Source of the DNA: Anolis carolinensis
Lineage: Eukaryota
DNA: 64,000 nt
Assembly: GCF_035594765.1 (NCBI RefSeq)
Contig: NW_026943824.1
Coordinates: 8,875,451-8,939,450 of the forward strand
Direction: 5' to 3'
Translations under genes and position numbers: made by a program
Part shown: piece by piece, positions 47,298-64,000 of the stretch
Position numbering within the stretch: the stretch's first letter is position 1
Layout of the letters: every line of letters begins with the position of its first letter
The notes under the pieces: model-generated
The model's input: only the letters and a program-made list of their open reading frames with translations
The model's database searches: none
What the model was told of the DNA's origin: nothing

Positions 47298-50200
47298 CTT
47301 TATTTCTAGACTGCCCTTTCTCCCCGAAGGGACTCAGGGCAGTTTACAGACACAAGTTTGACTATAACATCTTAGGACCAGAGCAATATTCAGATGTACC
47401 TGTTCGGATGTAATCTTCCCAACCATATAGTCTGGACAGTATAAGGAATTGGAAAGGGCGTTCCGATAAGCTGCTGCATGCAAATTTTCAAGGACACCTG
47501 AACATAAAATAAAGGGCTTTTGCTATACCACAGAAATGACCCAAAGGTACTCATACCAAAACTGTCTATACAGAGCTTGCCTTGAACAATAAAGTAATAT
47601 CCTTGCACAAATGGACCATGTGATTTACTGAAAAAAGAGCACCAGTGTTTGCTGTCCAGTTTATTCTAAAGCAGGGGTGTGCAATAGCCCACAAAATATT
47701 GTTGGACTAAAATTCTCATGTCCTATAATGTCAAGAGATAGTGGGAATTGAATCCCAGCAACATTTGGAATTAATGAACGCTGGTGTAAGAAATATCTAG
47801 AATCGTCCTTTAGCCCATAGAAACTGTTTAGCAATTAAAGGGCTAAGGAAATTTCATAGTCCACAAAAGTAGTTTCTTTGAAAAACAGGTTTCTTTTCAA
47901 AAGCTGCTCCTGAAACTCTACTTGGCACATAGGAATGCTGTCCAAGTCCATAGCCCCACCTTCTTATGGGACGCATCAGAAATACCAAATTAAACATCCT
48001 TAATGGAAAATAACTTCAAATTTCTAAAAATAAAAAATTAGTACTAGAGGTTGTTCACAGGGTTTATTTTGTTAGTTTCACTAGTACTATCAGAGAAAGA
48101 CTATGATGCTATTGACACAAAACTAGTTCCTATTAAACAAAAAAGCAGATATGAAGCCCATTTTTAAAATCTCCCTGGAAGAAACCACTTCTGGCAAGGG
48201 CAATCTGCCCCTTCCTCCACCAAGAAGGAAGGAGATAGAAAAAAGCTTGGATAAAGAGAAAGGCGACGTCACACATTTGACCTCTGCCCAATATAACCTC
48301 GAACAGAAAAAAGCTTCTTTATCTTTGTTCACAAAAATTATTGTTGGGAGTCTAGCAGTTTAGGAACACTTACCAACTTGCGGGTTTTGAAAGGCAATTG
48401 CCTTGTCAATTCTTAAGCGGGGATTCACATCAGCTACTTCCCAGCGCCTGAATTCTGGAGCCGTAGTAACATTTATTAGGTATTCCAGGACAGTATCACT
48501 GAATAAATTAAGAAAAGTGATATATATTTAAGAAGACTCAAAACAATCTGTTATGGTTGAGCCTTCTGGCTCCGATACTAGGAGACGGGGTCGTAAGACT
48601 CCTCGTGAGTCAGACTCTTTTGAGGAGCGTGAAAGGAAACGGCTCCGGGACTTATTTGCAGAACCAACAGATGAGGACTCTTTTGAGGGTTTTACCGAGG
48701 GAATGGAGGAAGAAATGGTCAGCTCGGAGGAGGATGACATGGAGTGGACTCGTGTGAGGGAGGATTTGGGTGTCCCCGGTAATGAAAGCATGGGAGGCGA
48801 TTGGCGGGTTGCAGGATCAGACCCATGGACGGGCTGGAGGGATGGAGCGGGATCCACAGCTGGGGATGCTGTGGGGCGTAGTCAAAGGTGTTTTAGCTCT
48901 GATGAGGATGATGATGATGAGGCACCTGGGATTAGGATGGCAGCTGACAGCGATGATGAGTTTGAACTGGGATAAAATGGGGTTTAGGATCAATGTCTAA
49001 TTGCGTTGGGCAAGGTAATCTGGACGAACGCTTGGGCTCTTGTTGGGGAACTTCCTGAAGACGGGTGTGATTCGTTGCTGGATACGTAAGTTACTAAGGA
49101 CACTGGGCATAGACGGCGGGAGGTACTGTGTGGGGTTTTTCTGTGCAACTTGTGTAGCTTGGACCTCCGTCGTCTTTTTGACGGACATTAATTACCTACT
49201 CTGGATTGACGCTGGACTGACTGACTTCGACCCCGGATTATCCCTTCTGTGGCTATCGGTGGGACTTGTGGAATTCTAGACGTCTGCACTTGGCTTTCGA
49301 CCTCGGACCGGATTGAGACCCTGCTGACTGCCGTTACCCTGATTGATGTGCCTGGACCCGGATTTCGCTCGTTGCACGGAGGAGTAAACAGCCTGATTTA
49401 CTCATCTGTAGCTTTTGAGTAGCAGAGAGGAATCTGCTGCCAGTTTATTGTGTTCATTCTGACCTCTGTTAATCCTCTTTTGTTTGCTAATCTTGCCAGG
49501 CTGAAGTAAACACTTTTGATTTAATCCGGATTAAACTCCTGTTTAATCCGGTTTATTCTTTTGAACCTTTTTAGTTCAAACGGAGCTGTTTTTGTTACTT
49601 TTCACACTGAAGTCAAGTGTTTGCCTAATCCTTTGTTTCCTACGGGCATTTTCAGTTTTGTAACCTCAATAAACTGAGTTTTACTCTATTTGGTGGCGTT
49701 CTGTCTTTGACACAATCAGTGTTCCTTAAATGGTAAGATATGTCAAGGATAAGATGGTCTGCTGAAATATATAACCTTTTAAAATATGTGTATAGCATGC
49801 TGGTTTGGGCCAATGGGAGTCATAGTATAAAAATATAGAAGACACATATATGGGGAGCCAGGAGAAAAAAAAGTAAAATCTTTCTTCCAGATGTACAAAA
49901 AAGTAGCTAGGGAGCACTCAAATGTGCGGGGACATTTTAGTGTGAACTGCTTGAAGGTAGACACATACAATTGTCCCATGACCAGGGAAATCTGAGAATG
50001 TACTCGGGGAAAAGGAAAAGGAAATAGAAAGAAAGAAAGCACTTCTTATTTTTTTTTGTTTTGTTAATAAACAGATATGTGTCAAATTTCTGAGAATAAA
50101 ATAGGACTGCACAGTTCAAGAGAAGGAGAAAAAATCTTATTGTGCAATGACATTTTGTAGCTTCAAGGATTAGAAAGCTTGCAAAATGCCTTGAAAAGTG

Positions 50201-53200
50201 ATTTGCTATACATGATACTTACATATAGTCACGCAAACATTCAACCGAATAAACCATGTTCTCTCTGGTAGAAGTCACACTAAAGGAGAATTTAAGAAAG
50301 ATGTTTTCAGGATTTGAATGAGTTATCACCCAATCTACTGCATGTATTTGCAGTTAAGCTTCCTCTTTAGGTATAGTTTCTTTATCATCCTTAACTGACA
50401 TCCCATTTCCATAGCTTTCTTCAAAAGTCTCAAGTAATTACAGACCTTAGGCTACCACCAACAGCTTCAATGCCACGGGTTATCTTGAAGGAAGAGGCTC
50501 CTTTTGTAGTCTGCAGGAAAAAAACCCAACATTTTAAGCATCAACTGCTAATATGTCAAATTTCTTCTAAATAATTTTAACGTGACTATGAATCAGTAAA
50601 GAACATCAGTCAAGTTGGAAATCATTGGTTTATTTACCTCAGAAGTGGGAGAGTTCTTACTAGAGAAGATGTACAAAAATAGGGTGGGGGGCAAGTAGCA
50701 AAACTTTGAGCTTATCATTCTATTACAGACCATATTTATCCAATTCTGACATCAAAATAAACTAAGCTGTGTGTCTGTAATCATAGGTTGGCATAATTTT
50801 GACTTAACCTTGATTGGAAATTGCTTCTCCCCAAAAATGGCAGTCAGAAATAGACTTGTTTCTGCTTAACATAGTAGTAGGAATGTTCTGTTTATAGCAC
50901 TCCTACTGAACATTTACTACCCCTGTGAAAAGTAATGAAGCTGCACCTGCCCAATTTTCAATCTTTACAGTCATACTCTTTTTTTTGTTTCAGACTGGAT
51001 GTGACCATTTTTTTTACATCAGAGGCCACCAAAAATACAATTATGGAACCAAAGTCTGGTGGGATAGGGTTACAATGGAAAATTACAACCATTGGAGGCT
51101 AGTCAGGTGGGGGATACAAACATATTTTGGGGGACCACTTCTCTTTCAGAGGTCAAATCATGACTTGGATCATGCATGTGGTCCATGGGTTGCACACTCT
51201 CCTCGTTTTAGGGTCTTAGTTCTAAACAACATCCCAAATCTAACCTAATCAAAAGAGAAAAACTCACCAGGTTTGATGCAAGACGGAGCAGATGAGCGGT
51301 CCCCAAATTGGTGCCAGATTCATATCTGCTGCCTGCTTTGATGAAGACACCAATTCTTGAAGCTGGAGAATGATTTTCCAAAGAGGCAATCACCAAGCCA
51401 TTTGGCAGTTTTGTGATCTGCATTTAGGTGAAGAGATGTCAGATAAAATCACACTGTTCTTCTCTGATCTCTTCTAATTATAAGAAACAGTAAAACATAA
51501 CGTGATTTCGACTAACCTCAAGCTCTTGAGGGTGCAGCTGTATTTTTGCTCGTTCTGCTGCCGCAGAAGCTTCTGCTTTTGGTGCAACTTTGAGAGAATA
51601 CCATCTCCTCTAAACAAGAGAGCATGAACAATAAAAAGTTAAGGGTTTGACCAAATAGATTTCATTTTCATTAGTAAAATCAAGACTAACTAGAAAAGAC
51701 AATACTGGTAAGATAAGAAGTAGTAGGAAAAGGAAAGGCAGCAATAAAGATGGATGAACTCAATCAATAAAGTCACAGCCGTGAGTTTGCAAGACCCGGG
51801 AAGGGTTACTGAAGATATCTTGGATGTCTTTCGCTCATGGGGACATAAGTCAAAGGTGACTTGACAGTAATTAACAATGACATTTAATAATATATTAACT
51901 TCTGTTTGAACAATTTCTGCCTTGAGATCACTTCTGTTTCATTTCTTGTTAAAAATGTAACAGTTTTTAGGGAGAGGCATTTAGAATGTAGGTATTTACT
52001 TCATTTATACCCTGCCTTTCTCACCCCATGGGGGACTCAAGGAGCTCCAGAGCTTCTCAAATTACAAATTTCTGAATGCCACAGAATCATAATACAGTAG
52101 AGTCTCACTTATCTAAGACTCACTTATTCAAGGTTCTGGATTATCCAATGCATTTTTGTAGTCAATGTTTTCAATATATTGTGATATTTTGGTGCTAAAT
52201 TCGTAAATACAGTAATTACAACATAACATTGAACTACTTTTTCTGACAAATTTGTTGTATAATATAATGTTTTGGTGCTTAATTTGTAAAATCATAACCT
52301 AATTTGATGTTGAATAGGCTTTTCCTTAATCCCTCATTATCCAAGATATTTGCTTATCCAGGGCCCCTGCTGGCACAGTGTTCAGCGCTGAGCTGCTGAA
52401 CTTGCGGACCAAAAGGTCCCAGGTTCAAATCCCAGGAGCGGAATGAGCGCCTGCTGTTAGCCCTAGCTCCTGCCAACCTAGCAGTTTGAAAACATGCAAA
52501 TGTGAGTAGATCAATAGGTACCACTCCAGTGGGAAGGTAACGGCGCTCCATGCAGTCATGCCGGCCACATGACCTTGGAAGTGTCTACGGAAAACGCCGG
52601 CTCTTCGGCTTAGAAATGGAGATGAGCACCAACCCCTAGAGTTGGATACGACTAGATTTAACATCAGGGGAAACCTTTACCTATTCGCTTATCCAAGGTT
52701 CTGCCGGCCCGTTTAGCTTGGATAAGTGAGGCTCTACTGTAGTTGAAAGAGAATGCATGGCTGTCCAATTCAGCACCATTAATGTGACAGGGACTAATAA
52801 TAATACCAATAGTAATAATGTGACAAGGACTAATAATGTAGCTTTAAATGATAAATTGTCAATGGAAATGAGAGTGTTCGGGGGGGAAACTAATAGATCT
52901 GATTTTGATTTATACTGGTCAGTTTTTATTAAATATGTTCTAGAAAGTGAAAAAGGAAAACAATATAATCATGTTGGTCAGGAATTTTGGATATAACATT
53001 TGTTTAATGGTTTATTTATTTATTTGCTACATTTATATGCCGCCCTTCTCACCCTGAAGGGGACTCAGAGCGGCTTACAAATTAAATTTACATACAATAT
53101 TATATTATTAGGATAGTACAATACTGGCAATAAGTTATTATATTGTACTATATCAATATATTGTAATATTATTAGTAATATTACATGTAAAATATAATAT

Positions 53201-54175
53201 ATAATTAATATTATTATATTGTATTATTAGTATATTGTATTACAATATAATATTATGAATATTATATGTTTATACAATATGTTATAAATATTATATATTA
53301 AATTATACATTAATAGTATTATTATTATTATCACCCCATCTCTATATATAGGCCTGGGGCAATTTGGGCCCTTCAGGTGTTTTGGACTACAGCTTAAGTG
53401 GTTGAAGGGGAAAAGGAAAGGGCCTGAGACTGTTGGGAATAGTGGGAGTTGTAGTTCAAATCACCTGAAGGGCCCAAGTTGGCCCGTGCCTGCTCTTAGT
53501 AATCTAGGGAGGCTGGTTGACTTATAAATCTTATGGTAAAGGAAATGATACTTGTTCAGGCCTTGGTGGGGGTTATGTGTTTTTAAAATGTTCATTGCTT
53601 TTGTGTTGTTGTTAATGTATGTAAATAAAAATTATTTTTAAAAAAAGAAAAGGATAGAGTCAACGATTCTGCTCCAGATAGGAAAAATGTTGGCTTTGTG
53701 CAAAGTCCCACTTTTTTGTACAAATGGATTTCTTTTTGCAAATAAACAAATAAATCCAGAAATAACAACAAAAACAAAACAAACAAGGACTAATAATACT
53801 AATAATGTGTCAGGGACTAATAGTAATAATGATAATGTGACAGGGACCAATAAAAACAATAATAATAATAATAATAATAATAATGTGTCAGGGGCCAATA
53901 ATACTAATGCGACAGGGCACAATAACAACAATCAGAACAGCGGTGCTGCTTCCTCGCCCCAAGGACTCCCGAGGGAGCAAGGCCCGACTGCCCTCCACCT
54001 CTATCTCCACCTCAGCCAAGGTCGTCCCTTCTCTTCCCTTCCCTTCCCGAGCTCCGCCCTGCTCGCCCCAGGCCCAAGACCCTCCTCCTCCTTCCCCGTT
54101 CCCCTGGCTCCCCTCCCGGCCTCCCTCGCTCACCGAGAGGCACCGCGCCGCCACCACCGCCGGGATGGGCCTCAT
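42693..54175 (-). CDS. UQCRC2: Cytochrome b-c1 complex subunit 2, mitochondrial (peptidase M16 family core protein II); 14 exons, 459 aa
   Basis: 14 exons totalling 1380 nt, all GT-AG with consistent phase; motifs [46 protein letters not shown]. Confidence 0.97.
43344..43497 (-). CDS. UQCRC2: UQCRC2 exon 13
   Basis: [26 protein letters not shown]...ADIVN, 154 nt. Confidence 0.95.
44073..44149 (-). CDS. UQCRC2: UQCRC2 exon 12
   Basis: [26 protein letters not shown], 77 nt. Confidence 0.93.
44635..44715 (-). CDS. UQCRC2: UQCRC2 exon 11
   Basis: [27 protein letters not shown], 81 nt. Confidence 0.96.
45202..45401 (-). CDS. UQCRC2: UQCRC2 exon 10
   Basis: [19 protein letters not shown]...SSLPFD, 200 nt. 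Confidence 0.96.
46819..46914 (-). CDS. UQCRC2: UQCRC2 exon 9
   Basis: [31 protein letters not shown], 96 nt. Confidence 0.95.
47012..47069 (-). CDS. UQCRC2: UQCRC2 exon 8
   Basis: [19 protein letters not shown], 58 nt. Confidence 0.95.
47400..47497 (-). CDS. UQCRC2: UQCRC2 exon 7
   Basis: [32 protein letters not shown], 98 nt. Confidence 0.95.
48374..48498 (-). CDS. UQCRC2: UQCRC2 exon 6
   Basis: [21 protein letters not shown]...FQNPQV, 125 nt. Confidence 0.95.
48549..49712 (+). mobile_element. Solo LTR (Gypsy-like), 1164 bp, in UQCRC2 intron 5
   Basis: TGTTA...TGACA termini, 5-bp TSD CAATC on both sides, AATAAA at 49668-49673, CpG-rich and probably young. Confidence 0.87.
50223..50279 (-). 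CDS. UQCRC2: UQCRC2 exon 5
   Basis: [18 protein letters not shown], 57 nt. Confidence 0.95.
50446..50510 (-). CDS. UQCRC2: UQCRC2 exon 4
   Basis: [21 protein letters not shown], 65 nt. Confidence 0.95.
51268..51417 (-). CDS. UQCRC2: UQCRC2 exon 3
   Basis: [15 protein letters not shown]...LLRLASNL, 150 nt. Confidence 0.96.
51517..51609 (-). CDS. UQCRC2: UQCRC2 exon 2
   Basis: [15 protein letters not shown]...HPQELE, 93 nt. Confidence 0.92.
52095..52739. mobile_element. CAGTAGAG MITE containing a Sauria SINE (about 52361-52681)
   Basis: TIRs at both ends; the SINE is flanked by a duplicated TATT.GCTTATCCA. Confidence 0.88.
54134..54175 (-). CDS. UQCRC2: UQCRC2 exon 1 (transit peptide [14 protein letters not shown])
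   Basis: ATG in a CpG island; GTGAGC donor, phase 0. Confidence 0.85.
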
Positions 54176-54280
54176 CGCTGCAGGGCACCACCGATCCCTC
54201 CCTCAGGAAGAAGGCCAAGATGGCTACGCAGGAAGCGGAAGTCTCCGGCATTCCCAGCATCCACCGCGCAGAGCGCTTCT
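54176..54280 (-). promoter_or_regulatory. UQCRC2 core promoter with a YY1 site (CAAGATGGC, 54216-54224) and tandem GABP/NRF-2 ETS sites (CAGGAAGCGGAAGT, 54229-54242)
   Basis: Motifs read directly; this combination is typical of nuclear-encoded respiratory-chain genes. Confidence 0.65.
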
Positions 54281-54416
54281 TCTCTCTTTACACTAAATCA
54301 TAGAGATTCTACACTCTCTTGCCTTGTGCCCAGATGTAATTCAAGAGTCCGGCCCAAATTGTCTTCTCGTAGACACGCCCGGTTCCCTATCGCAGCTGAT
54401 GGAAAGAATCATGCAG

Positions 54417-55347
54417 GTTGCTGTGAGTTTTCCGGGCTGTATGGCCATGTACCAGAAGCATTCTCTCCTAACGGTTCGCTCACATCTATGGCAGGCATTC
54501 TCAGAGGTTGTGCGGTCTGTTGGGAACTAGGCAAGTGGGACTTATATAAAAAGGTAAAGGTTTCCCCTGACGTTAAGTCCAGTCGTGACCGACTCTGGGG
54601 GTTGATGCTGAACTCCATTTCTAAGCCGAAGAGCCGGCGTTGTCCGTAGACCCCTCCAAGGTCATGTGGCTGGCATGACTGCATGGAGCGCTGTTACCTT
54701 CCCGCTGGAGCGGTACCTATTGATCAACTCACATTTGCATGTTTTCGAACTGCTAGGTTGGCAGGAGCTGGCGCTAATAGCGGCCGCTCACGCCGCTCCC
54801 GGGGTTTGAACCTGGGACCTTTCAGGCTCGGGCTGTGGCGCAGGCTGGAGAACAGCTGCAATGAATCACTCTGACCAGGAGGTCATGAGTTCGAGGCCCG
54901 CTCGGAGCCTATGTTTGTCTTGTCTTTGTTCTATGTTAAAAGGCATTGAATGTTTGCCTATATGTGTAATGTGATCCGCCCTGAGTCCCCTTCGGGGTGA
55001 GAAGGGCGGAATATAAATGCTGTAAATAAATAAACGCACTTCGCCACCGGGGCTCCTGGGCTTATATACCTGTGGAATAATGTCCAGGGTGGGAGAAAGA
55101 ACACTTGTCTGTTTGAGGCAAGTATGAATGTTGCAATTGGCCACCTTGGTTAGCATTGAATAGCCTTGCAGCTTCAAAGCCTGACTGCTTCCTGCCTGGG
55201 GGCATTCTTTGTTGGGAGGTGTTGGCTGGCCCTGATTGCTTCCTGTGGGTGAAACTTCAGGAGAGAATGCTTCTGGAGCATGGCCAACATAGCCCGAAAA
55301 ACTCACAGCAGCCCAGTGATTCCGGCCATGAAAGCCTTTGACAACAC
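54417..55347. mobile_element. Penelope-like element with nested SINEs
   Basis: Same arms as the other copies; inverted right end at about 55245-55347. Confidence 0.7.
54549..55058 (-). mobile_element. Sauria SINE with a nested tRNA-derived, L2-tailed SINE (about 54826-55033)
   Basis: AAAGGTAAAGGT tail on the plus strand; the insert has a B-box GAGTTCGAGGCC and a (TAAA)n tail. Confidence 0.75.
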
Positions 55348-55584
55348 TTTGACAATGTTGGTGTTTCTCAAACTTTGAACTTCCTGACATTTTGGATTTT
55401 AGCTCCCAGAATTCCTGGTTAATTACTGCAGTTCAATACTCTGGATTTGGTGGCCATCTGTTAAGGGTGCTTTGATTGTGCTTTTTTTGTATGGCAGAAT
55501 GGGGTTGGACTGAATAGCCCTTGGGGTCTCTACTTGATTCTATTATTCTAAGGAAGAATGTTGTTCATAGTGGGTATGTGGGTT

Positions 55585-56102
55585 GTGGAAAGAGCCAACT
55601 GTTACCCTAAAAGGTCACTGGAGGGTAGTGGAAAAAAGCCAGCTATTATCCAGAGGTCACTGGAGGGTCCTGGGAAAAAGCCAGCTGTTACCCCAAAAGG
55701 CCACCGGTGAGTCATGGGAAAGAGCCAGCTGTTACCCCAAGGGGTCACTGGAGGGTCATGGGAAAAAGCCAGCTGTTACCCCAAGGGGTCACTGGGGGGT
55801 AGTGGGAAAAAGCCAGCTGTTACCCCAAGGGGTCACTGGGGGGTAGTGGGAAAAAGCCAGCTATTATCCAGAGGTCACTGGAGGGTCCTGGGAAAAAGTC
55901 AGCTGTTACCCCAAAAGGCCACCGGTGGGTAGTGGGAAAGAGCCAGCTGTTACCCCAAGGGGTCACTGGAGGGTCACGGGAAAGAACCAGCTGTTACCCC
56001 AAGGGGTCACTGGAGGGTCACAGGAAAGAGCCAGCTGTTACCCCAAGGGGTCACTGGTGGGTCACGGAAAAGAGCCAGCTGTTACCCCAAAAGGCCACTA
56101 GA
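55585..56102. repeat. 44-bp minisatellite, about 12 copies, with higher-order duplication
   Basis: Unit GGGAAAAAGCCAGCTGTTACCCCAAGGGGTCACTGGAGGGTCAT/TAGT recurs every 43-44 nt. Confidence 0.92.
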
Positions 56103-56388
56103 GGTTTGCTACGGAGAGCTAAATCATCCAAGTGTGCTCACTACCCGAGGGACAGAGAAAGTACTGCTTTGTGTTTCATTCTGGTGATAGAACCATCCCA
56201 ACAATCATAATACTAACAATTATTTTTTTTACTAATCAATACCATTACAAAACACAAAACCAGGCAACACTGGGTACCTAAGCTGGTCTACATATTAGTC
56301 GAAGAATACATACAAAGTCTCTTTCACTGCTTGATGAATCCAGACTGGGTAGCCCTTGGGGTCTCTTCCAAGTCTAGCATTGACTTGA

Positions 56389-61418
<5,030 letters not shown>

Positions 61419-62133
61419 TAACTTTGCTAGGGAGCATGGCATGAACATAAATTCTGTTTGCTTTTGCTGTTAGGTTTGGTGTCCAACCATATTAGTCTGT
61501 ATTGAAGAGACAGGAGAGAAGGAAGGATGGAAGGAGAAATCAAATACAGTCTGGATCCAAACTGCCCTATATCACAGGATCTGATTCCAGATTATCTGCT
61601 TTGAATTGGATTATATAGCAGTGTAGACATATATTCAAAGTAGATAATGTGGGTTATCTGCTTTGATAATCTGGGTTAGATGGCAGTGTAGAAGGGGCCT
61701 AGTTTAGTCTCCTTCTCTGTAGCAGAGGCTGAATGGTTATCTGTCAGGGGTGCTTTGATTGTGTCTTCCTGCCTGGCAGAACTGGACTAGATAATCCTTG
61801 GAGTCTGTTCCAACTCTAGAATTCTGTGTGCAAAGCTCGGAAAAGTTATATTTTTGGACAGTTTGGTCATAATGATGAGCATCTCTCCATAGCTGTGAGA
61901 TTCGCGCTAAGATCCTTGTCTTTCTTTCTGAGTTGCTTGCAATAACTGTATTAGACTAATGTTTTTAAATGTGTTTATTTATTTCTTAGTGTAAATGTGT
62001 TTTGATAAGCTATTGTTTCATATATATCTATATCTATATATATATTGTTTTGTATTGTCTTTTATATAATGGTGTGAGCCGCTTTGGGTTCCGTTTAGGG
62101 AGAAAAGCAGGATACAAATAATGATTTATATTA

Positions 62134-63022
62134 CTGTATATACTCGAGTATAAGCCTAGTTTTTCAGCCCTTTTTTAGGACTAAAAAAAAACCTCCTCGG
62201 CTTATACTCGGGTGAGGGTCCTGGTGGGCTTATATTCAGGTTAGATTATAATCAAGTATATATGGTATATTTATTATTTTTCTCTATTATTATTATTGGT
62301 ATTGTTACATTTATTATTTTACTCTATTAATTATTATTATTATATTTATTATTTTACTCTATTATTGTTGTTACTTTTACATTTATTTTACTCTATTTTA
62401 TTATTATTAATACATTTATTATTTTACTCTATTTATTATTACATTTATTATTTCACTTTATTATTATTAAAAGCATACATAAGCCCTGGTGGCGAAGTGT
62501 GTTAAAGCACTGAGCTGCTGAACTTGCAGACCGAAAGGTCCCAGGTTCAAATCCCGGGAGCGGAGTGAGCGCCCACTGTTAGCTCCAGCTTCTGCCAACC
62601 TAGCAGTTCGAAAACATGCAAATGTGAGTAGATCAATAGGTACCGCTCCGGCGGGAAGGTAATGCCGCTCCATGCACATGACCTTGGAGGTGTCTACGGA
62701 CAACGCTGGCTCTTCGACTTAGAAATGGAGATGAGCACCCAGAGTCAGGCATGACTGGACTTAACGTCAGGGGAAACCTTTACCTTTAAGCACATTTACA
62801 TTGAAGAAGATGAAAATAATGATTTAATCAGAGTTGAACAGTCATATCTTAAATTACAGTTTGATGTAAAGATTCAAAAACATGTAAACTACTGATGCCT
62901 CAATTAATGTGATTTTATTGGTATCTCGGCTTATACTGGAGTCAATGTTTTCCCAGTTTTTTTTGTGGTAAAATTAGGTGCTTCGGCTTATATTCGAGTT
63001 GGCTTATACTCGAGTATATACA
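62134..63022. mobile_element. Tc1/mariner-type MITE, second family, containing a Sauria SINE (about 62481-62787)
   Basis: Same TIR and internal sequence as 33787-34439. Confidence 0.8.
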
Positions 63023-63083
63023 TTATTGTTTACACAAAGACAGAATATGACACAGCAAACGAGATATATATGCTGGCAGCATA

Positions 63084-63132
<49 letters not shown>

Positions 63133-64000
63133 TATTCCGGCCCCAAGCATTTGGAAACAAGCCTCACTCTGATAGTGGCAGGATGAGATGCTCCTTTCTC
63201 GTTCCGCTTATGGGTGACCGCATTTAAACTGGGCTTCAACTGGGTAGTCCTTCAACTTTCAAAGGGATGTCTGTTTCCTAACAAACAGAGGGCAGCCGCA
63301 CAGTCATTGTGACAGAGGCTGAGTCTCGGCTAAGAGTAAATAGAGCATGAAGGCTGCCGTCTGATCTATGTCTGGGGAGCATTTGTGGGGTGGATGGATG
63401 GATGGATGGAAAGGAACCCCCTGCTGCTTCCTCTCTTGCATCTTGCCCACCCTTTTCTTTGGATAGCCCAGTCTGTTTCTTTTCTACCAAATTGACAGGG
63501 ATTTGTGGAAGTGGGCCAAATGCAGGAATGCCATCCCCGCATTTCCCCAGCCCTGCCTGCTGTTCTCTCCCCCATTCCTTCCTTGTCCTTAATAAGTGCT
63601 TTGTCTCCACCGTGTCTCCACTTGTGATGAAGAGTGGCCTGGAGCATCAAGGGACAATTCATGTCTTCATTCAATGCTGTGAAGCAGACACAAAAGGTCG
63701 CCTCCTTAGTTTTCTCCCTCCCACTTCTTCTCCAGTGAGCCTAATGTCATTAGAATAGATTTTTAATGCAATCCCTTGCTTCACTGTTAGCAAGGCCAAG
63801 CAAAGATTTGAGGCTTGATTTACACTGCCATATAATCTGAAGTATCTGTTTTGAACTGTTTTGAAGGAGCCTGAGGCTAGGAATTGTAGGAGTTGAAGTC
63901 CAAAACACCTGGAGGGCCCAAGTTTGCCTATACCTGGTTGAACCTATTAAGGGAAAAGCTTCAGCACTTTGGAGAGCTCTTTCGAGCTCTGCATGACACC

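Noticed and set aside
53687-54649. 320-aa plus-strand ORF
   Set aside because: Stitched from AAT repeats, the GC-rich UQCRC2 promoter (few stops) and Penelope/SINE sequence.
55585-56102. CRISPR-like array or coding repeat
   Set aside because: Contiguous units with no unique spacers in vertebrate DNA; the 44-bp period is not a multiple of three.
63278-63758. Overlapping ORFs as CRYM exon 6
   Set aside because: No similarity to the expected next CRYM segment (AVGA.RP..RELDD); that exon must lie beyond the window.

Overview
Eukaryotic (vertebrate) genomic DNA. The repeat content (Sauria-type SINEs, CR1, RTE/BovB, L1, R4/Dong, Penelope, DIRS, Helitron, many Tc1/mariner and hAT MITEs) points to a squamate reptile, most likely an Anolis lizard. 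Four spliced genes can be rebuilt exon by exon with GT-AG junctions and consistent phases: MOSMO (minus, 3 exons, 167 aa, complete), PDZD9 (plus, 3 conserved exons plus 2-3 candidate extra 5' exons), UQCRC2 (minus, 14 exons, 459 aa, complete) and CRYM (plus, first 5 coding exons, continues beyond the window). Most other ORFs in the track are repeat-derived or chance. Highlights: (1) a tandem-repeat-built, protamine-like Arg/Ser exon that splices in frame onto PDZD9; (2) two dissimilar solo LTRs that each carry an ORF starting at LTR nucleotide 5, one with a LEDGF/TND-binding-type FxGF motif and one with an HMGN-type RRSAR motif; (3) a 44-bp minisatellite holding four perfect DR5 elements between the divergent UQCRC2 and CRYM starts; (4) minimal hammerhead ribozyme motifs in Penelope-like fold-back elements; (5) five MITEs in strictly alternating orientation upstream of MOSMO. 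Gene and repeat family names rest on recalled similarity, not on database searches.
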